A program made the translations under genes and the position numbers. This document shows positions 49,845-60,793 of a stretch of DNA of 64,000 nt, in pieces. Position 1 is the stretch's first letter, and every line of letters begins with the position of its first letter. The stretch is from assembly GCA_965226555.1 (NCBI GenBank), contig CBDDDG010000010.1, forward strand, positions 32,001 to 96,000, in the 5' to 3' direction. Source of the DNA: Salinispira sp. GTDB taxonomy: Bacteria; Spirochaetota; Spirochaetia; DSM-27196; Salinispiraceae. The notes beneath the pieces are model-generated. The model saw nothing but the letters and a program-made list of their open reading frames with translations. It made no database searches and had not been told where the DNA came from.

Positions 49845-51554
49845 ATGGAAATTTCACCGCTTCAGAGAGCGCGATATGAATATCAGCCAAAGTTGCCTTC
49901 GGTTTTCAATGAGGGAGCAGGGAATGTTGGAATTCGACGAGGGGAAGCAACAGAATCTGTTTCCGACCGCGCAGAAATACAAAAGCTATTCGAACATCAT
50001 TACGGCGCCCCCATTGCCGTCTTTGAAAAGGACGATGGCGCCGCTTTTACCGGAACACGTTTTGCGGAAACACTCAGAATAGGGGTAATTCTTTCTGGAG
50101 GACAGGCGCCGGGGGGGCATAATGTTATAACAGGTCTTTACGATGCCATGAAAGCAGCCAATAGGCAGTCGGTGCTCATCGGTTTCCTTAAGGGACCCGG
50201 GGGGCTTATTGATAATGAATGTATTGTTCTGGATGATGATAGTATCAACAGCCATCGGAATACCGGAGGTTTCAGCATTATTGGTTCAGGACGCACAAAA
50301 ATTGAAACTCCAGGGCAGTTTGACGCCGCTCTTAAAAATGCGCAGGCGCAGAAACTCAATGCGCTGGTGATAATTGGCGGAGATGATTCAAATACCAATG
50401 CCGCCGTTCTCGCCGAATTTTTCACAGAGCACAATTCGGAAATTCAGGTTATCGGCGTTCCGAAAACCATAGACGGCGACCTCAAGAATGAATATATTGA
50501 GGCCTCATTCGGATTCGACACGGCAGTAAAAACCTATTCCGAACTTATTGGGAATATTATGCGGGATGCTTCGTCATCGAAAAAGTACTGGCATTTCATA
50601 AAGCTCATGGGGCGCTCGGCAAGCCACATCGCCCTCGAAGCAGCGCTGCAAACCCATCCGAATGTCGCCATTATCAGTGAGGAAGTAGCCCACCGGCAGG
50701 CAAGCCTTGCCGAACTTGTACGGGAAGTTGCAGACGCCGTTCAGTACCGGGCCGAACGGGGCAATAATTTCGGTATAGCCCTCATTCCCGAAGGGCTTAT
50801 AGAGTTTATTCCTGAAGTTAGGGCGCTCATTGACGAGCTGAATAACATTCTTTCTCATCACCGGGATTATTTTGCGACCCTGCGGAATTTTGATGATCAA
50901 ACAGAATTCATAAGCAGCAAGTTAAGTGATCATTCAGCGCGGGTTTTTTCGTCTCTTCCCCGGAACATCCGCAGGCAGCTTTTACTGGACAGGGATCCGC
51001 ACGGAAATGTTCAGGTTTCGCTCATCGACACGGAAAAGCTCTTCATTGAAATGGTCGGCGAACTTCTAGCCGAGCGAAGCGCAGGGGGCGGTGGTGGCTC
51101 CGGGGGCGCGGGCAGCGCCGGCTGCTCTCCCATACCATTTCAGGCGCTTCCGCATTTCTTCGGTTATGAGGGACGGAGCGCCTTTCCGTCTAACTTCGAT
51201 GCCGACTATACCTATAGCCTCGGGTACACGGCTTTTATGCTCATTGTTCATGGTTTGAATGGGTATCTTTCCAGCGTGCGCAATTTGCACCGCCCGAGTT
51301 CCGAATGGATTGCAGGGGGAATTCCCCTTACCATGCTCATGAACATGGAGCAGCGGCACGGTGCGCGGAAGCCGGTTATCCGCAAGGCGCTTGTTGAATT
51401 AGATGGCGCGCCGTTCCGGGAATTTGCGGCGCATAGGGAACAGTGGGCGCGGGAAACATCGTACCGCTTCCCCGGTGCCATTCAGTACTACGGTCCGCCG
51501 GAAGTGTGCGACCAGCCGACAATTACCCTTGCGCTAGAAAAAGGAAAACCGTGA
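49845..51554 (+). CDS. pfp: Pyrophosphate-dependent phosphofructokinase (long type)
   Basis: [36 protein letters not shown]. Confidence 0.95.
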   Translation: MEISPLQRARYEYQPKLPSVFNEGAGNVGIRRGEATESVSDRAEIQKLFEHHYGAPIAVFEKDDGAAFTGTRFAETLRIGVILSGGQAPGGHNVITGLYDAMKAANRQSVLIGFLKGPGGLIDNECIVLDDDSINSHRNTGGFSIIGSGRTKIETPGQFDAALKNAQAQKLNALVIIGGDDSNTNAAVLAEFFTEHNSEIQVIGVPKTIDGDLKNEYIEASFGFDTAVKTYSELIGNIMRDASSSKKYWHFIKLMGRSASHIALEAALQTHPNVAIISEEVAHRQASLAELVREVADAVQYRAERGNNFGIALIPEGLIEFIPEVRALIDELNNILSHHRDYFATLRNFDDQTEFISSKLSDHSARVFSSLPRNIRRQLLLDRDPHGNVQVSLIDTEKLFIEMVGELLAERSAGGGGGSGGAGSAGCSPIPFQALPHFFGYEGRSAFPSNFDADYTYSLGYTAFMLIVHGLNGYLSSVRNLHRPSSEWIAGGIPLTMLMNMEQRHGARKPVIRKALVELDGAPFREFAAHREQWARETSYRFPGAIQYYGPPEVCDQPTITLALEKGKP

Positions 51555-51688
51555 AAAAAACATACACTCACTGATATTTTTGCTGAAGCTCTGCCACCTA
51601 CCCTCACAGTCAAGTCAATATCAAGTACTGCAGAAACCTAGTAATGCCGCTGTTTTCGCCAACAAGTATTTCTTAAACAAGTTATAAA

Positions 51689-52810
51689 TTAAGCTGTAAC
51701 AAGATTGAATTCAACTTGAGTTTGTAACTCAATCTCTGAAAGAACATCTTTAAGTCGATTCATATCGCTTACCTTATTCAGGATTTCATGTAGTTTTGGT
51801 ATATTGATTATTTCTTCAAAACAGGAAATATATGATTCAATTACTGAAGAAATCTTATATATCTTTTTAGCATCCATTCTTATTTTCATTTCAATCTTGT
51901 CAATATCAAGTGTTGATTTTATAACAAATACAATCGGGTATCGCTGGATTTTATCTATATCCAAAAAATATTTTTTAAAATCTAATGTTTCAGTAACCTG
52001 ATAAAATCGACCTAATGGTTTCATTACAAAATCAATTCCACCATCATTTGCATTCGTTCTTCCTGTTTTGTATAGTTTTAAATTCTCTTCAACTAACTCT
52101 TCAGGATCCCAACCCCAATAAACTATATTATTTAAATAATAGTATTTTAATATGGAAAAGGAAACAATCTCAAAAATTCGTGCATCAACATGTGAATTTA
52201 ATTGGTTCAGAATAAATTCTTTTATCTTATCTTCGTTATCTGCATTTGCAGAAGTTGCGTTTTCTGACATATGTTTACAATAATCAATAAATGTATTGAA
52301 CCTTTCTTGTCTGATCTCTACGTATTTTAATATTATTTCGATTATTGAGTTTATTAACGAATAACGTTTTGAATCAATTTCAATGTAAATTAGTTCTTCA
52401 TTTAGCCAATATCGTTTTGTCTCCAAATTACGAATAATTGGTATTTCATTAATATCTGGGAAATATTTCCTGAATTCATCGTTTAATCTATTATTTAAAG
52501 CATGATTTTGTAGTTTTTGTCCGAAAGGAAGTTCTCTCATACGGACCAGTAATTCAGAAAAAATTGCACCTTCATAATCTAAATAATTTTTCTTAGGGTC
52601 CTGGAATCCTTTATTTACATAATCTTCCAAAAGAACTACTAAAGCATACAAATTTGCAAATGAACCTCTTGATTTTGATCCACGGTTTGCGGATTTCGTT
52701 TTTATTATTAAATAACGAATTAAATGCGAATCTGTTTTTATTCTGTTATGAATATTTTCATTCGGAAAATTTTTTTTTAATATTTCAATAAGTAATTCAG
52801 AAAAATCCAT
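51689..52810 (-). CDS. Putative type II restriction endonuclease
   Basis: AT-rich gene directly downstream of the MTase; TNANDGGIDF...YQVTE PD-(D/E)XK-like core. Confidence 0.7.
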   Translation of the reverse strand: MDFSELLIEILKKNFPNENIHNRIKTDSHLIRYLIIKTKSANRGSKSRGSFANLYALVVLLEDYVNKGFQDPKKNYLDYEGAIFSELLVRMRELPFGQKLQNHALNNRLNDEFRKYFPDINEIPIIRNLETKRYWLNEELIYIEIDSKRYSLINSIIEIILKYVEIRQERFNTFIDYCKHMSENATSANADNEDKIKEFILNQLNSHVDARIFEIVSFSILKYYYLNNIVYWGWDPEELVEENLKLYKTGRTNANDGGIDFVMKPLGRFYQVTETLDFKKYFLDIDKIQRYPIVFVIKSTLDIDKIEMKIRMDAKKIYKISSVIESYISCFEEIINIPKLHEILNKVSDMNRLKDVLSEIELQTQVEFNLVTA

Positions 52811-52825
52811 CTATTCACTATTCTT

Positions 52826-53779
52826 TCAAAATAAACTTGGTTGAGGTAAGTAAAAACCTTTTTTATTATTCCCATTTTTTCTTACACAGGTCTTATCAGG
52901 TTTTTTTAATTCCTCACTCTTATACGAAGTTGTAATATTCAATCTTCTCAAACCAATTTTATAATACTCTTCCTGTAATTCTATACCAATAAATTTTCTA
53001 TTCAATTTATTTGCAACAAATCCCGTTGTAAATGTCCCTGAAAAAGGATCAAGAACAGTATCGCCTTCATTGCTGGACGCCAGAATTATTCTTTCTAATA
53101 ATGATTCGGGTTTTTGTGAAGGGTGCTGCTCATATTCATTCATTCGATAACGTACCCGGTTATAATACCAGACATTCCCTGGAACCTTCTGCGTATTATA
53201 CGGCCGGGGCGTATCACCGCGATAATCAATCAGTTTCCTCTTAGCCCCTGTATGTGCTTCTACAAGGATACTGTCAGAGTTGAACGTGTAATCATTCTTA
53301 TTTTTGACAACAAATAGAATTAGTTCATACATTGAACCATAGTATTTTTTTGCCTGTACTCCACTACTATCATAATACCAGACTATTCGTGACAGAATGT
53401 CCACATTAAGAGAACGAATAAAAATATCCAGATAAGGCATTGCTTCTGTACTTGTCATTATATATGCAGAACCGTTCTCTTTTAATTTTTGAAAACAGAG
53501 GACAATCCATTTTTTACACCAATCCACATATTCTGCTGTTGATGACCACCTGTCAATAAAGTTCGAAAATTTCTTACCAATATTATATGGAGGATCAACA
53601 AACAAAAGAGCAATTGAATTATCATCAATGTGATTTTCTAATACTTCAACGGCATTCCCAAGGTAAATTTTACTCAAAGGATTATTCATCATCTGCATTA
53701 TTAAATAATCAGATGATTTTTCAGGATTGTCAATATCATAATCCACCCATTCCATTTCATCAACATCCAACTTCATCAT
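52826..53779 (-). CDS. Beta-class N6-adenine DNA methyltransferase (YhdJ-like)
   Basis: DPPYN, YDSSGVQAKKYYGSMYE, HPSQKPE, LDPFSGTFTT; start codon uncertain. Confidence 0.9.
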   Translation of the reverse strand: MMKLDVDEMEWVDYDIDNPEKSSDYLIMQMMNNPLSKIYLGNAVEVLENHIDDNSIALLFVDPPYNIGKKFSNFIDRWSSTAEYVDWCKKWIVLCFQKLKENGSAYIMTSTEAMPYLDIFIRSLNVDILSRIVWYYDSSGVQAKKYYGSMYELILFVVKNKNDYTFNSDSILVEAHTGAKRKLIDYRGDTPRPYNTQKVPGNVWYYNRVRYRMNEYEQHPSQKPESLLERIILASSNEGDTVLDPFSGTFTTGFVANKLNRKFIGIELQEEYYKIGLRRLNITTSYKSEELKKPDKTCVRKNGNNKKGFYLPQPSLF

Positions 53780-53920
53780 GTGCACTGAGCAATTATACAA
53801 GACCCCGCAGAGATATCTCAACGGCGCGGTCGCCGAGTATTGACAAAGCTCTTTGACTACCGCAGAATATATTATGGAGGAAATTTTGCTCTGCAAAATT
53901 TTCCATGGAGGAATGATTGG

Positions 53921-55297
53921 GTGCAGTTCCAAAAGCCCGCGGTTGAACAGACCCAGAAGCTCAAACTCAGCCCGCAGATGCTTCAGAGCATAAAAATTAT
54001 GTCTCTCCCCCTATTTGATCTCAGGGCGCGCATTGAGCAGGAATTGGAGGAAAACCCTGCCCTTGAACGTACGGAAGATGAAAAAACCCTCTCAATCGAC
54101 TCCACGCTCGACTCTTCTTTCGACTCCACACCGGAAAAATCTGACGAAGATTCATATTTTGAAAACACTTCCGATCCGGGTACCATTTCCACCTATGATC
54201 AGGATGCCAGTAATGCGAAACAGAGCTTCATGGAAAATGCGCTCTCTCAACCTGAGACACTTCAGGATCATCTTGTCTGGCAATTACGGCTTCAGCCCCT
54301 TTCCCATGAATTAATTGACATTGGTGAACTTCTCATTCATAACCTCGATATGAATGGCTTTCATATTGAGGAACCTCAGTATCTGCTGTCTCCCGAGCAA
54401 TGTGAACATATACATACACTCATACCAATGATCAGAGAGTTTGATCCTGTCGGCTGCTGTACCAGCAACTATATTGAGAGCCTTGAAGTTCAGGCATCGC
54501 TTCTGGAAGACGTTCCTCAGTCCATATATGTTATTATTCGGGAATATCTTTCTGTTCTGAGCAAGGGCAAGGTTCAGGAAATTGCCGGAAAACTTTCGGT
54601 TCCTCCTGAAGAAGTTGAACACTGCCGCCACATTCTTCGTTCGCTTACGCCCTTTCCGGGACAGGAGTATACTCATATACATCCGGGATATGTTGTGCCC
54701 GATGTTATTGTTATCCGTGAAAAAGATGACTGGCGGATCATTGTTAATGAGGATGAACTTCCGGTTCTCGGTCTTAACAATTTTTTCAGTGAAATTGAAG
54801 AAAACAGGAAGAGTAAGGAGGCATCCGATTTTGTCAGAACAAAAATTCGTGACGCCCGCTGGTTTATCAACAGTATCCGACAGCGAAACAACACCTTGCA
54901 GAAGGTCGCAGTATCAATTGTGAAATATCAGAGAGATTTTTTTCTCACAGGTCCGAAGGGCATTGTTCCGCTCATATTAAAAGATGTGGCGGAAGATATA
55001 GGAGTGCATGAAGCAACAATAAGCCGTCTTACCCGCGGCAAATACATGCAGACAGAATATGGTATTTTTGAGTTAAAGTATTTTTTTACAAACGCGGTTA
55101 AGGGCTTCCGTGGAGGCGGAGGGGCCTATGGCAAGGTTGCGGTCAAGGAGATTATTAGGGAAATTCTGGAAACACAAAGTAATTTTTCCGATCAGAAAAT
55201 TTCTGATCTTCTTGAAAAGCGGGGTATAAAAATAGCCAGAAGAACAGTTACAAAATATCGGAAGGAATTACATATCTCATCATCCTATGAGCGTTAG
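53921..55297 (+). CDS. rpoN: RNA polymerase sigma-54 factor
   Basis: ENPAL, HEATISR, RpoN box ARRTVTKYR. Confidence 0.96.
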   Translation: MQFQKPAVEQTQKLKLSPQMLQSIKIMSLPLFDLRARIEQELEENPALERTEDEKTLSIDSTLDSSFDSTPEKSDEDSYFENTSDPGTISTYDQDASNAKQSFMENALSQPETLQDHLVWQLRLQPLSHELIDIGELLIHNLDMNGFHIEEPQYLLSPEQCEHIHTLIPMIREFDPVGCCTSNYIESLEVQASLLEDVPQSIYVIIREYLSVLSKGKVQEIAGKLSVPPEEVEHCRHILRSLTPFPGQEYTHIHPGYVVPDVIVIREKDDWRIIVNEDELPVLGLNNFFSEIEENRKSKEASDFVRTKIRDARWFINSIRQRNNTLQKVAVSIVKYQRDFFLTGPKGIVPLILKDVAEDIGVHEATISRLTRGKYMQTEYGIFELKYFFTNAVKGFRGGGGAYGKVAVKEIIREILETQSNFSDQKISDLLEKRGIKIARRTVTKYRKELHISSSYER

Positions 55298-55306
55298 GAG
55301 GCTACT

Positions 55307-55603
55307 ATGCATGTTGATATAAAAGGTGTTCATTATCACATTACCGATGTGACCCGCGATTTTCTTGAAACCAAACTTGAGAAAATCTCATATGCCAAGG
55401 ACGATATCGTCAATCTTTTCTTCACCCTTACAAAGGATAATTATGAATGGATTGCCGAAGTAAACGTTAGCTTTCGCTGGAAGGTGAATGCTCATCTCAA
55501 AGAAGAAAGCTTTAATCTGCACGAGTCAGTTGAGAAACTCATTGACAAGCTTGAAGCCAAGATCCGTAAAGAAAAAGACAAAATAAAAGATAAACATGTC
55601 TGA
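55307..55603 (+). CDS. hpf: Ribosome hibernation factor HPF/RaiA
   Basis: Fold motifs and position directly after rpoN. Confidence 0.88.
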   Translation: MHVDIKGVHYHITDVTRDFLETKLEKISYAKDDIVNLFFTLTKDNYEWIAEVNVSFRWKVNAHLKEESFNLHESVEKLIDKLEAKIRKEKDKIKDKHV

Positions 55604-55629
55604 ACAGACAAGTTTCCCGTAGGTATGAT

Positions 55630-56619
55630 ATGCAGACAATTACTGTACTCGAATTTCTGAATCTTGATTTCAAGGAGCATGATGCCCTCAGGCTCCGCTG
55701 TATTGCCGGACGGACGGGGCTCACGCGGGAGATACGATTTCCCAATGTTAACCGCCCCGGCCTCACCATGAATGGCTTCTTCGATAATTTTGCGGTTGAC
55801 CGTATTCAGCTTTTCGGCCGCGGCGAGCATGCCTTTCTTGAAAAAATTGGTAATGATTCTGATCATGGTTCAAAGGTAAAAAATCTGGAAATTCTCTTTA
55901 CCTCCGGTACTCCCTGTGTTGTGCTTTCCCATAATCTTGAGCCTACCAGTGATATTCTTGAGCTTGCCGATAAAACCGGAACCCCAATTCTTCAAACAGA
56001 TTTGAGCTCTTCGGAGTTCACTTCCCGGGCCATACGGGCTCTGAACATGGTATTTGCAAAGACCACCGTTACCCATGGAGTACTCGTTGAGGTCTTCGGC
56101 ATCGGTATTTTTATTACTGGTGAGTCAGGAGTCGGTAAAAGTGAGTCGGCTCTTGAACTCATTCATAGAGGTCACCGTATTGTGGGCGATGACATGATTG
56201 AAATTCGCAATGTTTCCGGCAATGTGCTCGTTGGTACTGCTGCGAACAATGTGCTGAAGCATCATATGGAAATTCGGGGACTGGGAATTATCAACATTGC
56301 GCACCTCTTTGGGGTAGGAGCTATTCGGGATCATAAGCAGATTCAACTTATTGTTGAGCTTGAGCCGTGGAAATCTGGAAAGGAATATGATCGTCTGGGT
56401 ACCGATGAGAAAATGAAGGAAATTCTTGGTGTAAATGTTCCGTATCTCCTGGTGCCGATAAAACCAGGGCGCAACATTCCCATAATTATTGAAACGGCAG
56501 CTATGAATGAACGGCTGAAGAAAATAGGCTACAATTCGGTGCGAAATTTCAAACAGAACAATGGAGGCTTACTGAATACCGGAAAACGAGCGCAGCGTAT
56601 TATGGCCGATTGGAATTAA
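55630..56619 (+). CDS. hprK: HPr kinase/phosphorylase
   Basis: NRPGL, GESGVGKSE, HHMEIRGLGII, PGRN. Confidence 0.95.
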   Translation: MQTITVLEFLNLDFKEHDALRLRCIAGRTGLTREIRFPNVNRPGLTMNGFFDNFAVDRIQLFGRGEHAFLEKIGNDSDHGSKVKNLEILFTSGTPCVVLSHNLEPTSDILELADKTGTPILQTDLSSSEFTSRAIRALNMVFAKTTVTHGVLVEVFGIGIFITGESGVGKSESALELIHRGHRIVGDDMIEIRNVSGNVLVGTAANNVLKHHMEIRGLGIINIAHLFGVGAIRDHKQIQLIVELEPWKSGKEYDRLGTDEKMKEILGVNVPYLLVPIKPGRNIPIIIETAAMNERLKKIGYNSVRNFKQNNGGLLNTGKRAQRIMADWN

Positions 56620-56692
56620 TGCAAAACTTTCCATATGGAATTGCGGATACAAGCAATTTTTTGTAAAGTACAATACGAAACTTTTGCGCAAA

Positions 56693-56746
56693 CAAAATTT
56701 TGCATTGGAAAATTGTGCTTGCACAATTTTCAGTAGCAAAACTTTC
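56693..56746. repeat. 54-bp palindromic element copy
   Basis: caaaattttgcattggaaaattgtgcttgcacaattttcagtagcaaaactttc just upstream of ptsH. Confidence 0.88.
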
Positions 56747-56767
56747 CATAACAAATTGGAAAAGGAA

Positions 56768-57034
56768 ATGACTGAAAAAACTATTGTTGTAAAAAACCGC
56801 GCCGGAATTCATGCCCGCCCTGCCGCAATGATTGTCCAGACCGCGGGCAAATATAATTCCAGTATATTCTTCCGCAAAGATCACGAAGAAATTAATGCAA
56901 AATCCATTATGGGAGTCATAACCCTTGGAGCGGGATATAATACTGAAATTATCATTACGGCTCAGGGTGATGATGAAGCGGATGCAGTGGAAGCAATTGC
57001 GCATCTTTTTGAAACGCGTTTTGAAGAGGAATAG
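56768..57034 (+). CDS. ptsH: Phosphocarrier protein HPr
   Basis: GIHARPA, NAKSIMG. Confidence 0.95.
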   Translation: MTEKTIVVKNRAGIHARPAAMIVQTAGKYNSSIFFRKDHEEINAKSIMGVITLGAGYNTEIIITAQGDDEADAVEAIAHLFETRFEEE

Positions 57035-57065
57035 AACCCCTCGCGGATTTTTGCCGTCCAGAGGC

Positions 57066-57638
57066 ATGAAGCATATCAACGTGAGGATGCTGAACGTGAG
57101 GATGCTGGGCGCATTCGTGCTTTTCTGTGTGTTCACTTCATGCAATTCATTCATCCGGTCAGATACGATCATACTTGATACAGAATATTCATCCGAAGAC
57201 CAGCTCATTGTTTCTGCTGTCTGGAAAAATCTTTCCAGCCATATTTCGGAACGCGTACATAGCTCCAGGTTTGAGCAAGTCATTGAGTATAGGCTTACCG
57301 TATACAGCAGGACATTTCCCGTTGAACGAATGTCAATATCGCGGAACATCACTGTCGCATACATCCCCTCCGGCGATCTGTATTATCTGGCAGATCCCTA
57401 TGCGGAATATGAACACTATTTTGATAATCCGATCAGTTTGTATGAATATCTTGATGCTCCGATCAGCTTTGTTATTCCACGTGATACATTACGCGATAAT
57501 GCGCGTTCGGGATTTCAGATGGGAGCGCGTATGGCAGCCTACATTCCACGCGTGAATGAGGAGTCTGCATTCCGGCAATGGATCAGCATTATGAATCCCT
57601 ATGTGTATATGGGGAGGGGCGAAATTAATGAGCTTTAA
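57066..57638 (+). CDS. Hypothetical lipoprotein upstream of the NtrY-like kinase
   Basis: Hydrophobic leader ending FTSC; overlaps the next gene. Confidence 0.6.
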   Translation: MKHINVRMLNVRMLGAFVLFCVFTSCNSFIRSDTIILDTEYSSEDQLIVSAVWKNLSSHISERVHSSRFEQVIEYRLTVYSRTFPVERMSISRNITVAYIPSGDLYYLADPYAEYEHYFDNPISLYEYLDAPISFVIPRDTLRDNARSGFQMGARMAAYIPRVNEESAFRQWISIMNPYVYMGRGEINEL

Positions 57639-59406
57639 AATGACCGGAACAAGCGGAAAATTGAGCAAACTCATCAGCCTCATTATGTTTTATATCATTC
57701 TCATTGTATTGATCATTTTTTTTGCGAACCAGATATTACTCAGCCGGATATCGGATAACGATCTCTATATTGTTCTGTTCTGGATTGCTGCCATAATTAT
57801 TCCCGGTTCCTTACTACTGGGAATTGTTATTAACCTCCTGCGTTTGTTCAGGGAACAGAGGGCGAAGGCCTCAGGCGCGGTATTTAAAACCCGACTCATC
57901 AATTATTTTCTCATTCTTGTTGTTCTTTCAGTCGCTCCGCAGGCCCTCCTCAGCCTGAGTTTCATCCGGGTTATTGGCGATACCTGGTTTAACGACAGGG
58001 TCGGTCAGGGACTTCAGAGTAGCCTCAATATCACGACAGAAATTCAGCAGTCTCTTGCCGCCAATGTGCGCAGCTTCATGTATACATCGTCCTTCACCAA
58101 TTTCATTGAACAGTCGCAGGGGAATTTTGAAGAATTGTTCTCAGAGATTAGGGAAATTCGACCTTCAATTTCTGCTGTACAGGTATTTTCTTCTACGGGC
58201 GATATCCTGTACATGGGGGGGAATGAAGACGCGCGGGTAGATTATGCCGACATTCTGCGTTCTCCCGAGGGTTTTGTTGTGAGAGATATACGGCAGGATC
58301 GGAGTTTTATTAGAATACGCAGAACCATTACCGACAACACCTTTGTGCTTATGGAGGAACTGCCGCGGGGATTCGGAGAAACAATTCTGCAAATTCAGGA
58401 ATCGTTGACGCTCTTTACTGAATATAAGGAGATAAAAGACATACTGTATACCGGACTCATAATTTTTTACGGTATTTTTTCCCTTCCCTTGTTTTTCCTT
58501 GCCATTCTGGCGGGGTTTTATCTGAGCGACACCCTTATTCAGCCCATCGAATATCTTGAAAATGCCATACGAAAAGTCGCCGCCGGAAATTTCAGTTTCA
58601 GAATTCTTACTCATGAGCGGGCCGATTTGGGACATCTCGTTGAGTCCTTCAATCTTATGTTAGCCGAACTTGAACGTTCGAGAAATCAGTTGGTTCAAAG
58701 TGAACGCATAGCAGCTTGGAAGGATATTGCCCAGCGGCTTGCGCATGAAATAAAGAACCCCATTACTCCCATCCGCCTGTCCATAGAGCGTCTGGAACGG
58801 AAATATGAGCAAAAAGCGGAAGATTTCCCCCAGGTGCTCAATACATCGGTGAAGAGCATTGTTCGGGAAGTTGATCATCTTTCCCGGCTCATTACTGAAT
58901 TCCGAAAATTTGCGCGCCTGCCGCTTCTTCAACAGGAAGATATGAGCCTTTTACGCATAATTAAAGACATTCTGGATATGCCGACACAGGTCAATGTTGT
59001 TATTGAGAACATTACTGAGGAAACCATTGTGCGTGTTGATCCGGATCAATTTCATCAGGTTTTCAGAAATTTACTGAGCAATTCCCTCGATGCCATTAAA
59101 GAACGAAGCAGCAGGGAGGGGAAGGATATTGCGGGTGAAATTCATTTTAACACGCAGGTTATTACCATTGCGGGTAAGGATTTCCGCCGCATTCAAATTC
59201 AGGACAACGGAATTGGTATGGATGAACAGCAAATTTCTCACATATTTGATCCTCATTATACCGGTAAAACACATGGAACAGGGCTTGGTCTTGTTATTGT
59301 TCAGAGAATAATTCAGGATCATAATGGTAAAATATCGGTGGAAAGTGAATATGGAAAGGGAACGCGGTTTTTTATTGACATTCCCATTTCGGAGGGACGC
59401 GCATGA
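57628..59406 (+). CDS. NtrY-like HAMP sensor histidine kinase
   Basis: AWKDIAQRLAHEIKNPITPI, DNGIG, GTGLGL. Confidence 0.92.
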   Translation: MSFKMTGTSGKLSKLISLIMFYIILIVLIIFFANQILLSRISDNDLYIVLFWIAAIIIPGSLLLGIVINLLRLFREQRAKASGAVFKTRLINYFLILVVLSVAPQALLSLSFIRVIGDTWFNDRVGQGLQSSLNITTEIQQSLAANVRSFMYTSSFTNFIEQSQGNFEELFSEIREIRPSISAVQVFSSTGDILYMGGNEDARVDYADILRSPEGFVVRDIRQDRSFIRIRRTITDNTFVLMEELPRGFGETILQIQESLTLFTEYKEIKDILYTGLIIFYGIFSLPLFFLAILAGFYLSDTLIQPIEYLENAIRKVAAGNFSFRILTHERADLGHLVESFNLMLAELERSRNQLVQSERIAAWKDIAQRLAHEIKNPITPIRLSIERLERKYEQKAEDFPQVLNTSVKSIVREVDHLSRLITEFRKFARLPLLQQEDMSLLRIIKDILDMPTQVNVVIENITEETIVRVDPDQFHQVFRNLLSNSLDAIKERSSREGKDIAGEIHFNTQVITIAGKDFRRIQIQDNGIGMDEQQISHIFDPHYTGKTHGTGLGLVIVQRIIQDHNGKISVESEYGKGTRFFIDIPISEGRA

Positions 59407-60764
59407 ATAACATTCTTGTTATTGATGATGAACAGGGTATCCGTGAAATATTTCAGGATATTCTCAAGGATGAGGGATATCAGGTTTTTACCGCGGCAGA
59501 TGGTGTACAGGGTTTGAACATGCTCCAGAATGAGGTTATTGATCTTGTTTTCCTCGATGTTTGGCTTCCCGGCATGGGCGGAATTGAGGTTCTTCAGAAC
59601 ATAAAAGAGAAATTTCCCCGAATTGAGGTTGTCATCATAAGCGGTCATGCCAATATAGAATTGGCGGTAAAGGCAATGAAGCTCGGCGCCTACGATATGC
59701 TTGAAAAACCCATAGGAATTGACCGTATTCTCCAGCTTTGTAAGCATGTTCTGGAGCTTGAAGATTTGCGGCGTGAGAATCAATCGCTCAAAGCGCAGCT
59801 GGGTTCCGATCAGCAGATGATTGGGGAAAGCACGGCAATGCGCGACATTATCTCCATAATACAGCAGGCAGCGGGAAGTGACACAACGGTTCTCATAACC
59901 GGGGAAAATGGAACAGGAAAGGAACTTGTTGCCCGGGAAATTCATGAGCGAAGTGCCCGCAGAAACCACCCCTTTATTCCGGTAAACTGCGCCGCAATTC
60001 CGCAGAATCTCATTGAAAGTGAACTCTTTGGTTATGAAAAAGGAGCCTTTACCGGGGCAGTGGGCAGAAAGAAGGGAAAATTTGAACGTGCTTCAGGAGG
60101 CACCCTCTTTCTCGATGAAATTGCCGATCTTGCCCCCTCCGCTCAGGCAAAAATTCTCCGTGCCGTTCAGGAAATGTCTATTGAGCGGGTGGGAGGAGAA
60201 CAGTCCATATCGGTAGATGTACGGTTTGTCGCAGCGACCAATAAGGATATGCAGGCAATGGTCGCGTCGGGGCAGTTTCGGGAGGATCTCTACTACCGTT
60301 TGCATGTTGTGTTCATTAATGTTCCGCCCCTGAGAGAACGAAAGACAGATATTACAATAATTGCAAATCATTTTCTGACAATTCATGGGGGAAAAAACAG
60401 GGAATTCTCCCCTCAGGCCATGGAAAAACTCCGGGCCTATCAGTGGCCGGGCAATATCAGGCAGCTCAGGAATATCATACAGCGCCTCGCCATCCTCTCC
60501 GATGAAACCATCATTCCCGAAGATGCGGTGGACATTGCGCTGAGCGGTGAAATGTCGCCCATCAGAAAGACGGGCAAAAACGATCTGGAGCAATACCGGG
60601 ACATGAACCTTCTTGAGGCCAGGGAATCGTTTGAACGGAAGATGATTCTCAATGCGCTGGAAGATGCGCAGTATAACATTAGCAAATCTGCGCAGCGGCT
60701 CGGGGTATATCCGAGTAATCTGCATAGTAAAATCCGCAAATACGGCATTGAAACAAAGAAATGA
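59403..60764 (+). CDS. NtrX/NtrC-family sigma54-dependent response regulator
   Basis: REC domain, GENGTGKE, GAFTGA, WPGNIRQL, C-terminal HTH. Confidence 0.93.
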   Translation: MNNILVIDDEQGIREIFQDILKDEGYQVFTAADGVQGLNMLQNEVIDLVFLDVWLPGMGGIEVLQNIKEKFPRIEVVIISGHANIELAVKAMKLGAYDMLEKPIGIDRILQLCKHVLELEDLRRENQSLKAQLGSDQQMIGESTAMRDIISIIQQAAGSDTTVLITGENGTGKELVAREIHERSARRNHPFIPVNCAAIPQNLIESELFGYEKGAFTGAVGRKKGKFERASGGTLFLDEIADLAPSAQAKILRAVQEMSIERVGGEQSISVDVRFVAATNKDMQAMVASGQFREDLYYRLHVVFINVPPLRERKTDITIIANHFLTIHGGKNREFSPQAMEKLRAYQWPGNIRQLRNIIQRLAILSDETIIPEDAVDIALSGEMSPIRKTGKNDLEQYRDMNLLEARESFERKMILNALEDAQYNISKSAQRLGVYPSNLHSKIRKYGIETKK

Positions 60765-60793
60765 GAAATGTGTGAAGGAGACACCGATAGCCT

